64,000 bases of DNA from Chiloscyllium plagiosum (Eukaryota). Position numbers and translations under genes: made by a program. Where the stretch lies: positions 45,040,525 through 45,104,524 of the forward strand of contig NC_057716.1 of the NCBI RefSeq assembly GCF_004010195.1. The letters are read 5' to 3'. The notes under the pieces were generated by a model, which saw only the letters and a program-made list of their open reading frames with translations, did not search any database and had not been told where the DNA came from. Below are positions 51,619 through 64,000 of this stretch, one piece after another; the stretch's first letter is position 1, and each line of letters opens with the position of its first letter.

Positions 51619-53253
51619 GTTACAAACAAATTCGGTGACTAATTACAACAAGGGAAAGTGCTTTAAAAGACTGCACTTACAAGCGAACTCCAAAGAGTTA
51701 ATTGTGGTCTACTATCAATAGCTAAGCAAGCAAATTCCAGACAAAGCGCTTGTTAAACTATTTAACTGTTTAGCCATTGAAAAATAACAGAAGTCGTTCT
51801 TTTATTTTTAATAGGTGGTAGCAAACATTTCTATGTTCGGCAGTGGCAGCAATATGAATCAGCGTGCAGAGCGGGCTTGTGTATACAGTCTACAAGGCAG
51901 AAGTTATTATTTGTTACTGTGTTTATGAACCCTGCGTATTTCAGAGAGATTTTATAGGAAACAGTTTGTACCGATCCGCTCCAGCTAACATTACTAAGTG
52001 CCCCAGCGTGAATCAATAATTGCTCCAGATGCTAATAATTTGAACTCACCACTAACAAACCGCAGGATGTTATAACAAATATCGCCCGGCCTAAACAATT
52101 CCTAAATCTAATCAAGTTATACATGGGAGCACAAATATTGGTTTATTTCGAAGTGTTTTCCACTTATTGCTCCTTCCATAAAGTGATAGCAGCCCAGGAA
52201 AATAACGATTGTTTGTTCTATTCTAATCTCTACCATTTCCTGGGAGCTGGATCAAATAATACTACCAGCAGTATGCTTCCACATCTAATTAACACAAATC
52301 AGTTGGATCGCCATATGCAAGAACAGAAAATATAATTTAATCTGCCAACTAATCAGGACTCCCTTTGCCTCACACGTCTAAGGTGGTTTCTAAACTCGAG
52401 TGCATTGTAGGTTCCTTACTTTGCTCTCCCCAATGTCCCTGCAGTGCCACCGCGTTGTGTGTTAAAGGCTGAAGGGCACGGGGTCAGACTGAAATCATTT
52501 ACAAACACATCGGAAAGTTGCATTATTATTTTCACTTTAGCGAGTGTCACACGCTGACCTTTTCTAAGTGTGTGAATCTTGCCGAACTAACTGTTTAGCT
52601 AGGTTTACTGTAATCCTCTTCTTACATTCTTGCTGTGTTTTTTGTAAAAAAAAAAGGGCACTCGCGAAACAGGCTGGGAATAATTATAAACGTGCGCCAA
52701 CGAAAAAAAAGAGTAAGTGTATTCAACAGTACAAAGATTACACCTAAATATTTTGAGATGCGCTGATTAACAAAGTAACGTTGAAACTGTACTTTCTGAC
52801 AGTAAATGGGTATGTTCAGTTCCTTATTTAGCTGCTGTTTCTATCGAGCACAACAAAGGTCTCGGTTTATCTACGTTTTATTGTAGAACAACAAAAATGA
52901 CCCTCTGCAAACGTTCAAATTTATACCTCAGCCTTAAATAAGTTGCTGTTTAGATTATTTTACCTTTGCAAGAGAGAAAAATAACCTCGCTAAAAGTTTT
53001 ATCTTATTTACCTGTGATTTTTTTCGTTTACCCCAGTGCATTAGGAAAGAAAAGAGCTAAACTGTTTTCCACAACCAGTGACGCCAACGAATGCACCAGC
53101 AGTGAATTCTGCTTTTAAAAGCCTTTTTGCAAGGAAAATCCCAGATATCGTTACACCAGCCGATATTTCGAAAGCCAATTCCCTTTACAGTTCAAATTAT
53201 CGCACATTGTGAAGCTGATTGGTACTACGCATTTTAATATTTGTTAGACGCTG

Positions 53254-53270
53254 TGACCTGCATTTCACCT
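53254..53270 (-). promoter_or_regulatory. DR5 RARE, 5' Hoxd4-type
   Basis: AGGTGA-aatgc-AGGTCA about 3 kb upstream of HoxD4. Matches the mammalian Hoxd4 5' RARE as I recall it. Confidence 0.85.
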
Positions 53271-55983
53271 TACTGCTCGACTCGTTCAGACAGGTCAATG
53301 CCAAAGAGTTATTGATGAACAAACCCGATTAAAATTCACCTCTTTTTTTAACTGCCCACACAAGTGCTGCGACTTTTGATCTTCCAGATTTTGACCTAGA
53401 GAATGTCAATGCAAAGTAAGTGTTTGGGAAGTGAACCCTATATTTATTCATAGATTCAGTGGTTCAATGAACGCTATTATTGTCATGAGTCTGCTAAAGG
53501 CCTTCCTACGTATACGTACAACAATTTAAAAAAACCAAATTGGATTTTTAAAAAGTTCACCTTTCTGGTGACCCAGAAAGTCATTTTCTTGCAGAGGTCC
53601 GCGCAGCATAAGCAAGACTGTTTTGCTTTTCAGTAGCAATTACTGTTGATTACTTATCAACGCCTAAAGATTCGCATTGTAAAACTTCGTGCTGAAACGA
53701 AGGATCCATTGCGCTGGCCCATTGCTTTACGAATACCGGTTAAACATTATCTGGACCTATTTAAAGTGAGTCCTTGTTTGACGTTTATCTCGTGACTTAT
53801 TGAGGCCGTTACTTGGAGGGAAAATAGTATCGGATATTATGTGTAAAGATGGAATCTGAATTTAATATCCTAGCAGTGATTATAATTAGTTAAGGTGGCG
53901 AAGCAATAGTAGACCTAAGGTGAAGAGAAACATTGACAGTTCCTGACGTGGAAAGAGACAGGATATAAACATTTCCATTACTGGCTTTTGATAGCTAAAT
54001 TGTATTTTGACTGAAGAGGTTTTACTGTCCATTTGAAAGTAGGGGTCTTTAACCTGCCTAATTTGATATGGGGCGTTCTCGGTTTTGGTTACTTTGAAAT
54101 TGTCAGATTTTCTTTAAATATGCAGTTTTAAAATATTAGCGTCACATTATATTTGTGAACATATTAATAAGCCATTTTCTTAACTAAATCATTCATGTCT
54201 AACCAAACAACAACGAAGTACTGAAAGCTACCTTCATTTAAAAAGTAGCAAAATGTTACAATGAGTAATATGAACTTTTAATAAACTATTATTTTATTTA
54301 CTGGTCAACCATTACAAAAAGCAATATGAAATCGTAGGCCTAGCCGATATAGTCCACGAAAAGGAATGCCCTGGTTTAGTTAACTGAACAGTTTATTTGA
54401 TGAACTGGCAGCCATAAGTCTTGCTGTTGACCTACATGTTTATAGTGGCTGTGATATTACATCTGAAGAGTTTGGAATTTGCTGTTGTCTACACGCCTCT
54501 GTTGGCTCTAAAGGAGTACACTTTAAATATCTGCTTTAATTACTGCCACGTCACTCGACAAAGTGATTTTACAGATGTTATTAAAACCGAAACCATAATT
54601 TTCCTCCAAATGACCTTTTGGAAATACAGCCTTGCACTGGGAGGCGCTGTGTTGAGCATCACCAGTTCAAAATAACAAGCCAACTAAATCTGGCTGTGGA
54701 TCGACACTATCACAGTAAGACTTAAACACGATTATATTTTATCTGAATTTATTCTGTATGTATAAGAATCTTGTTCCTTTCAGGAAAATTGAATGCAACA
54801 TCAGTTCTTCTATGCCGTTGTACAAATTAAACAGAGAATCGTAAAGAACGTTAAGTTACACACAGTTGTATCTAGGGCCATTTTAGAATCCAGGTTACTG
54901 CTCCCATTTAGACACATGATGTGACCAAATCATTTTCCATACAAACCACATTCGAAACAATTAACCGCGTCCAATTATTCGTCACGATTTACGAGATAAT
55001 AGTTACTTACGAAAGAGCTTCCTCCATTCTGCCATATCTGTAATAAAATTTTTAAAAATTCAACAGTTAATATTAAGTGAACCATACATTAAAGATGGAG
55101 TTCAATACAACATATAAACACGTGGGCTTTCTTATCCAAGCTACTCATAAATAAACTGAAGTACTGTAACCGCCATGAGTTCTTCATTACATTATTTTCA
55201 AGGGTAAATATTTTCATTTTGATCCATAAAAAATCTTTACAAGAGTAGATCTGCGTTTTTACATGCAGCATTTCAAACAATTTGTTTTTGGCCTACTAAT
55301 TAACTTGACATTACCAGTTTTTTGAAGTTGCTTAAGCACGTAAAATGGTATGTACTGTCATGTATTCTAGGTAAACTGTAATTTCAACATTGCCTTTACG
55401 TAGTCGTAGCTGTTAATTGCATCTGAGAATGCACATTTAAACCGTTCATAAGTTAACGTGACCACTCATTGAACTTTTACAATACATCCGTAAGCTTAAA
55501 ATATCGATCTGTAATGAAAAGCGACATTAATAAAAAAGCCCTATGTGGGTAGTAATCCATTCTCAAATATTTTCTCGTCTATCTTGGCATGCCTCTTTTC
55601 TCAGTGTTCGGTTTGGTATCCTCGTCAGTTGCCGTGTTATTGAACATTTAAAGCAGAAATTGTTTTCACTCCTGCTGCCACTCCAACTTCTCTAACTTCG
55701 AAGAATTTCTACAGCTTCATTTTTATTTTATTTTAAATTACGTAGTGATCAATTCAACTAAACTAGGTTAAAAGGGCGAAACTACCATTCAAAACAAAAC
55801 AAATCCGAGTTCCTTCTGGCTGTACTGCCCACAATTTAATTTTTTCAACCTAAACATCCTTCGACTCAGCTGTTTGGGCAGAACCAGCCCCCTGTCATGT
55901 TTAATTTTTTTTTTCATTTTTATTTGAGTGAAAATTCAGATTTCAGATCCCGTCTTCCACTGCTTCTGAATTTCTAGTCCGCT

Positions 55984-56005
55984 CCCCCCCCCCCCCCCCC
56001 CCCCC
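55984..56005. repeat. Poly-C tract
   Basis: About 22 consecutive C. Confidence 0.9.
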
Positions 56006-58781
56006 AAACACTTTTAAACCTTGCAATGTCATTCTATGTTTCAAATAACATTTGGTCATAGCTATTGTCGATATATAACAAAAACAATTAACACGGCCGG
56101 TTCATGGCGACTTATCTCATTTCTGCGGGACATAAAAAGGGGTTCCCTGAGAATTTCGAACAAGGTCTCGCCGATTGCAGTGTGCTCTTATTACAGCGCT
56201 TCTCATATTGAATAGTTGATTTGCAACTTTTAAAAAAACATTAGAACTTTATTACTTTTTAAAAAGCACTTTAAGCCGTATATTGTTAGCCATTGTGTTA
56301 TATTTCTAGTCTAATTTGTTCGGAATCAGACCAGTTAGAAAATCTTCGGGACTGTGGACGAAATTGCGGCATCTATAACCGGTCAAATGCTTTGAAAATG
56401 TCGTACAATCTCAGCAAATTAATATAGAGGAAGATCGGCAAAGAATATGCAAACAATGTCTTACTCTTCTTTAAACTTGCAGAATTATTTCTCACATCAG
56501 GTTACATTTCCCAAACAGATTTTCAATTAATCTCGTACAATTATGCAGGAACAACGCGAACTCCCAAAGCTGGCCTAAGAAAATTATATATCTACCAGAC
56601 GTGATCGTGCAGCACAAGGTCTTTTTGCTAAAAATAAAGAATTCTACTTATACTTGCTTAAAGGGTTAGGTAAAATCTATAGTTTATTTCTGCATTTTTC
56701 AATTAATAGTTAAACAGAATAATAAAACACATTGTTTATGATTATAAATTTGAAACTATAATTAGAAATTTTTGAACATATATAAAGTATATTTTGTTAA
56801 GAATATTGTGATATAATTTCCCTAATTGAACATGTATCGTGTAACTGCTAGTTGTTGAAACTGAACTCACGTTGCGTTGTGATTTTGGTTTTTTTGGCTG
56901 GCCAAGAAATTGTGCATGCGCCCAAGAGCTCCGAATGACATCAGGTGTCATGCGTTCACTTGCTCTTTTACCGATTTGAAATAACTTACTTGCGACTTTT
57001 CCAGTGCGAAAGTACCAGGATACGAGAACACTACCAAGTCATAACCGTGGAACAGGACAGCTTGCTTCTTGGTGTCACTTTCCACGGACCCTCTCAAAAA
57101 CACTAACCATCTGCACTTGTCTGCTCTTAACCTAATATATGATGTGAATTATATTTTGGCTTGTCAACTCCCAAACCATAAAACAAAGTTTAATGACATC
57201 ACGTGCCCCTCCGTAGCCAGTCAGGACGTTGCTCTGTGGCGTCCCTATAAATAACCCTTAAACTTTAAAACTTTTATTCACTAAAGACAGTCAGGTTCAT
57301 CGAAAAGCTCTCCCACTAATATAAAGCTAAACGTCTGAGCACACAGACGAAACGTGCCTTGGAGAATAAGATGCCCTTACTTTAATACGCAATATGGACA
57401 GTAGTTCTTATGCAGCCAAGGGGATCTAGTCGACTTGGTAAGTGCAAATACCCTACAAATATACGTGACTGATAGCTGCTAACTTACAGTGAAATAGATA
57501 TAGGTCGACTGAGAATGGAGAAAAAAGTCTTTTTACAGTTGCTGCTACCTATGACTTTGTTTCCCTATTTCTGTCGCTACGACGGCTTATTATTTCCTTC
57601 TGCTTTTCGGTACACAAATATTCTCAGAAAAGTTAGCATGAAAAATTATTCTATGCAATGGATGCCGCTGCAAATCCTTCTTATAAGTAACATAATTTAT
57701 GCAATACGTCCTATAAATTGCGGCATCACTTTCCTAAGTATTTATGTCAACATCCATTAATAAAGACAAACTCGAATTATTCTTCCATTCAGTAAAATCT
57801 GTGAAATTATCTTTGGACATTTGACGTGTTTGTAGTCGAGCTGCCGAGTTTCTGAAGTATGAGTCATATTCTTTAATTAAATAAAGTTATTGGAATAGTA
57901 TGAACTCGACCATCAGTTCTTGCCAACAATAATGTTTTTTTTCTAATTCAGAAAAAACATTGAAAGACGGTTCAATCCAAGGAACTTTTTTGAGTTCAGA
58001 AGCATTGGGGCTAATATTCGGAGAACTTGGGTGTCAACCCAATAGGTGTAAAGTGAGAAAGTGAATGGCTTTTTGTCTTTTCACAAGAAACCAATTGTTC
58101 GTCTTTTTACACATCATTAGAGTTCAAACGCCAGGTGAAATATTTATTGATAAAACTGACTTTATTTCAATGTAGGCAAAATGAAAATCACTTATTTCAT
58201 GTACATAGGACAAAGTCAGACATTCAGACATTATATCTGTACAGAATATACAAGACATATATACCTGGGACCACAGCAACACTTGTGCCATAAACATTCC
58301 AAGGCAAAATCAAACAAAAGAAAGTTTGATGTAAAAAGAGATGACAGGAACAATATTCATCTAAGTTTATAAAATATTATTAATTTAAAATCTTAGCGAA
58401 GCTCTATTCCGGTATGGGATTCGTTTGTTCAGAAACCAGATATTCAGCACAACTTCATTCTGTTCTCAAGAGATAAATGGCTTGCTTGGCTACATTAAGT
58501 CGTTTGACCCCTCTCTCGCTCGCTGTCTTATAATCTAAATTTAGGCATGGCTATTACCATCAATGTATAAAAACATGATTTAACATCTGTTGGTGACAAC
58601 TGATAAATTGTATTCTTTTCTTGGTAAATTGATAGCAAGACGTTGTACCCATATGAGAACAACGTATTAATAAACGCATCTCATAGAGGAGCACCTAATG
58701 TGGCCAAACAACCTTTCCTATTGCAACTTAAAAGATCATCTGGACAGTAATATTGTATAGCCAGAATTAGGATGAAACAAG

Positions 58782-59075
<294 letters not shown>

Positions 59076-59396
59076 TTACGAACTTATACAATTTCAGACA
59101 AATAGATTAGTGCCTATGTCCATTATATTACAAAGTGTTAATTGTTCGGATGGTTTATGTGAAAATAATATAAAATATTTGCATTTTCAGTCGGTAAGAT
59201 GCAAGGTATGGTGCAACTTCTGGCTAATTGCTGTCCTAGTTCGGAGCAACAGTCTTAATGTTCCCATATGATCTAAACTGTCATCCTTTTACGATTAATC
59301 ATTATATATTTAGCTCATACTTGTTATTTAATTACTCAGTCTGAACAATTAATTCGATCAAGAATAAAAGGCATGTCAAAAGGTCGAACTGCGTAC

Positions 59397-59904
59397 CTTG
59401 GTTAAGGTGCATCTTTTTCATCCATGGGTATATCTGCATTTGCAGTGCTGGATCCTTGTCTAGTTGCCCACTTTCCGGTTTGGGGCTGTTCGTCCCCTTA
59501 GGATGTTCATCGTTAACCGGCGATGTGTCCTGGTTACCGTGGTATGAATGATTGGATTCTGTAATAATAGCCCCCGTCTTAATAGCACTATCTGATGAGC
59601 TTATTAAAGATCCCGAACAGAAGGCAGGTTCAGGCGATTTCATTTTCACCCCAGATGAACTATGAAAGGTGTTATTGACTGTTTGCAGGTAATTGGTGGA
59701 CCTTTCATTGTCACCACACAGATTTGAGTTCGAACGAGTCATGCTGAGGTCTATCCCGGTGTAATCATAGCCATACCTGGCGGAGAGCATCGTCGACTCC
59801 CTGAAATGCTCGCCGACAGAAGCAGTATTTCCATAACTCGGCAACTGATAATCGTGGCCATTTTGGTAGCGACCTGAGAAGGAGTTTAAAAAGTAGGAAC
59901 TCAT
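59397..59904 (-). CDS. hoxd5: HoxD5 coding exon 1
   Basis: Paralog-5 N-terminus [32 protein letters not shown] motif, and [10 protein letters not shown]. Donor CAAG|GTACGC. Position 5' of HoxD4/miR-10b. Confidence 0.92.
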
Positions 59905-60044
59905 CTGCCTTTAACGGGTTTTGATTTGTGGTTCTTAGACGTTTATTCGGCACTAGACCGAGCGATATATAATGAAATATGGAAATAAAAGGCACATGTC
60001 ATTTCTCTGCTTTCTACGTATGCAACCAAATATGGGGCACAAGT

Positions 60045-60110
60045 TTAGATCACGTGCTTTTGTTGACCAGTCGTAAATTCTTGTGCCTGACCCTGGGGGT
60101 AATTCATGCA
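60045..60110 (-). promoter_or_regulatory. HoxD5 upstream conserved promoter block
   Basis: GATCACGTGCTTTTGTTGACCAGTCGTAAATTC: E-box plus a Cdx/Hox TTTACGA site, resembling Hox5 promoters. Confidence 0.6.
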
Positions 60111-60148
60111 GTGAGAATACTTGCTATGATTTAGCCAGCATGATCCTG

Positions 60149-60167
60149 TAGCGCCCCCTGCTGGCAA
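60149..60167 (-). promoter_or_regulatory. CTCF binding site 5' of HoxD5
   Basis: Minus strand reads TTGCCAGCAGGGGGCGCTA, a near-perfect CTCF core consensus. Confidence 0.85.
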
Positions 60168-63100
60168 ACATGAGTAAAGCCAGATTCGCATCAGCAAAAC
60201 ATAATCTGAAAGGTCTGACGTTCACACTTTGCAACCTATTTTCCATATAGGTTTATTTATAAAATGGTTCACACTTAAAACCCTGTTAAACCTTGGGTAT
60301 GAAAGCTGATTTCTGTTACCTGAAATTCGATTTTATTTAACTGACGACATATACAGGAACACAGACACAAAATGTGTATGCGAGTAAAAAATTCCTGTTT
60401 AGTAAGTTTGTAAGTGCATAGGTTTGTGTATAATGCATATGTAAAGTAATTTGTGGAATTGGCTTCTGCTGACGATAGGTACAACTATTAAGAAGCTGCA
60501 AACGTTGATCTGATCCGTTTGTTATTCAGCATTACACCCTAATAATTCAAAATATTTTGTAACTCAATTAACGTTTTAAATTCAATTCAATTTAAAACGT
60601 TTATTTCGTATTAATCATGTATGTAATCCTTTAGTTTGATATTGGTTGAAAAAGAATGATTTGCTTGTGGCGAACTGCATAAATGGAAATAAATAACAAG
60701 TAAATCTTCTCGATATCCGACTCTGATTTTTACTCCAAGGTTTAGGATGTTTAACTTCTCTTCCTTGTAGGCAACAACATAGGGAAAGTTCGTTTCCCTG
60801 AAAGACAGCTTATCCCTATATAGGATACAGAGGCAGCCTTCCCTCACTTACACACACAGCCCGGGTTTCAACATCTACAACGATTACAATGTCGTTTTCA
60901 TAGAACACTGCGCACAGCTATTTCCACATTACGTTGATATCTACATACACTGCGCATTCACAAAGTTTTCCATTAGTTTTCCCAGGCAATCCCACAATTT
61001 GCCCATGAAATTCCGGTTTCTGGATAATTGTGTGTTGTCTGTTATGATTGGGGATCTGTTTTTTAAAACAACCAGACCAACATGGTAATTTATTTTGTGA
61101 CTGGTTAAGTCGACCCTGAAACCAACCTGAATCGACTGAGAAGCTAAGCGGGCGTGGTATAGGGTTTATTTCTATTTTCGCCGCGGAATTCCTCGCGAAC
61201 GTTACTACAGTTGTCCCTTGTACAATCTATGTTTTATTTAGATGGACGCATTTGTATAAAACTCTTATATCTGATGCATATTCCTGTGTAGGTGCTGATG
61301 GAATTAAAACAAATTTAATTGTGCAAAGATAGCCTTCGGGCAAATATATACAGATTTCCAAATCATATCGTGCAGTCTCCAATTTTGCTCTGTTATCGTT
61401 CTCTGCCATGCAGATCCAAACAATCTGAACCAGCCAGAAGGGCAAGGAAACGAACCAAGAAATAAATGCAATATTTGTAATCAAGATTTTTCTTTTTCGG
61501 TTTGACGAATAGGCTGCTTATAAATTTTAGATTGCGATTTGTAAAGGAGTTGATAATGAAGGACAAACGTGTCAAGCATCGACCGTGATAATGCGGGCCT
61601 TGCAGGACTTCTTACAAAGATCCGCTCAGAATGGCAGTAATCTTTCAAACAGGTGGAGTACATCTATGCTTTGTTTCTTTTTCTTGGCAAAAAAAGGATG
61701 TTCCTATAGATTAGTCAATGCATCGGTTAGCAACAAAATAGGGTTCTTCGGGTTTATGTTTTGACCGCCCCACCCACACATATTAGTTTCTTAATCAAAA
61801 CCGTACAGAATTTGATTTCCTTTCTATCGCAGAAACATTTAGATGTCATTTACCGTGACACCTTGCAGCGCTGGAGAATTGAGTTACTTTTATTTATTTT
61901 TCTGCTCGCTATCACCCAAGCTTTTAAGAATTGAAGGGCCAAAGTATTACCAATTAATTGAAGTCTAAGCACATTTCAATGGAAATATTATTGTAGTTTG
62001 TAATCACAGCCCGTGCAATCCATGCCAGGATACAACATAAACCCACAAAGACCCCAAGTATTCTGGGCTCCGGTTTCAAGGTGGAACTGCATAGGCCTTC
62101 ATTAAAAGTGCATTGATTCCAGATCAATCATGGATTACAATTTATAGCTTAAGAAGTAAAAATATAACATTTTAACAAGTGTATTTTAAATAAAATGCCA
62201 GACTATAGGGATGGTTTTATTTATCCTTTGTGAAGTTTGATTTGTGTACCCTTGCAATTCTGTTCGAAGAACACAGTTGCGACACTGTCCAACTGACTCT
62301 GTCTAAAGCTCGTAAATCTAAGGCTGCGGCAGCCATGTGACAGTCGGCAACAGAAATACTGTCTTTGTCCTGCACTAACAAATCAGGCCGTTCTTACAGT
62401 ACTCGTTATGGAATAGAATGGTTTTTTGCTGCTGACTACAATGATTTTATTTTTTTTCTACTTCACCGAATATTTGTACTCTTGAAACTTTTGAAATAGA
62501 ATACCCAACAGTCAAATATTTTACACTTTCACCAGGCACGATTGTGGATTATGTTCTGACAATGGAAAGTAGAAATTATTGCGTGCATCACATACTAATT
62601 CATTTTTGTTGATTGTCATTTTCCAGTGCGTCTCCCTTATGACAAAATTCAGAAGATCGCGTTCTGGAAATTCGTTGGTTTGCCAAAACTACGATGATCG
62701 AATTGTCTTTGAGATTGCAATAGACCATTTCCCTCGAATCTGTGCGAAGCGTTTGCATTAAGATTTACTTACTTTCACAACGAGATGCCAATATAAAGCA
62801 GTGCAATAAATGGTTTAATGCAAACTGGTATTGGGAATCAGACCACCTTTTGTTGCAGAAGTTAAATGAAACATGTTTCCATGAAATTATTGATTGTAAT
62901 ATTTTGTTATTATGCTGAAATTATTTGGAAATTATATTTGAGCATGGTTGGTACCGAAGATGTAATATGAGCAAAACGTTTTCGGGTAAAGTTTCTAAAT
63001 GCACAATTGGACGCTTAGCATGAATTATACATACACGCAAACAGACAGGCAGATATTCACACACACATAGATATACACACAGAGACAGATACAGTGGTGC

Positions 63101-64000
63101 CTGTTGAGTACTTTAGTCGGTTTAGCAAAACCACGACGACATGACGCATAATAACAAAAATTAAATAATTCGATTCTAAAACTAGAAAATGAACTGAATA
63201 GCAAATATCCGCTTTCTGGTGATTATAATTACAATGACATTACTGTTGCTCAGTTTTCTTTTTCCATATGTTCATGCTAAATTACGGATTATTAAGAAAA
63301 ATCTGCGAAATCACTTTTCATATATTGTAAAAAGTGCAGCGTGTAATAGTCACATAACTCCGAAAAATCAGCTTTATTTTAACGAAAATTATACTTGAAC
63401 AATTTTATCTCATTTAATTATTTAATGGAGGCAAATAATGCTTGATTTGCAAAGTCTGTAAAATAATTGCCTGACAAATTGGAATGAAGATGGGCGATGC
63501 ATTGAGAATTAAACAAAAGGTATTATGAACAGAATTAATGTCAAATGTTGCCTGAAAATTAGGGTAAATCTGCAAGTGCTTTGTCAATAGTTAAAATAAC
63601 ATTACTTCTTCAAAACTGATAGAATTCGAGTGTACGTACATTGCTGTTTGTGAGTTTTGACTAAAAAAGTCAATATTTAATATAGAAACATTCACAACGT
63701 TATAAAGAATATGATGAAATTGCACATGTTACGCTATCGATGCACACTCTTTGATTCTAGCTTCATTTTGAACAGCCTCGTTTTCACTTTCACAATATGT
63801 CTGTTGGTCTATACGTTAGACAGATAGACAGACATTTTGCTCGGTGTTTAATACTATTTTCAAAAACAAATAGGTGACAGATGCACAACAAATCAAGATC
63901 GCTATAACTATGGACAAAATGGATGGTCAAACTATAGTCGTTTAATCCGTTTTCACTAAAAGAAGATTGAAAGACAAATCAATTTTCAAATTCTGAATAT

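Noticed and set aside
53557-53575. GGGTCA-ccagaa-AGGTGA half-site pair
   Set aside because: 6-bp spacer is not a canonical RARE geometry.
59943-60002. 19-codon uORF upstream of HoxD5
   Set aside because: Overlaps probable core promoter sequence and may lie upstream of the TSS.

Overview
Vertebrate genomic DNA containing the 3' (anterior) half of a cartilaginous-fish HoxD cluster, all on the minus strand: HoxD5, miR-10b, HoxD4, HoxD3, HoxD2 and HoxD1, followed by about 16 kb of 3' flank. Each Hox gene has two coding exons joined by a phase-1 GT-AG intron. Intact HoxD2 and HoxD5 plus HE1/V-SINE-like and SacSINE1-like repeats point to an elasmobranch (inference). Regulatory motifs readable in the sequence are three DR5 retinoic acid response elements (one 3' of HoxD1 that is nearly identical to the Hoxa1 3' RARE), a consensus CTCF site just 5' of HoxD5, the Hox4 intron HB1 element, and an E-box/CCAAT module with 10-11 bp spacing at every gene. 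The flank and the HoxD3 intron carry CR1 LINE fragments and SINEs. They also carry several short, often palindromic, TSD-flanked repeats with covarying minimal hammerhead-ribozyme cores, probably Penelope-derived. Family assignments are from recall, not database searches.
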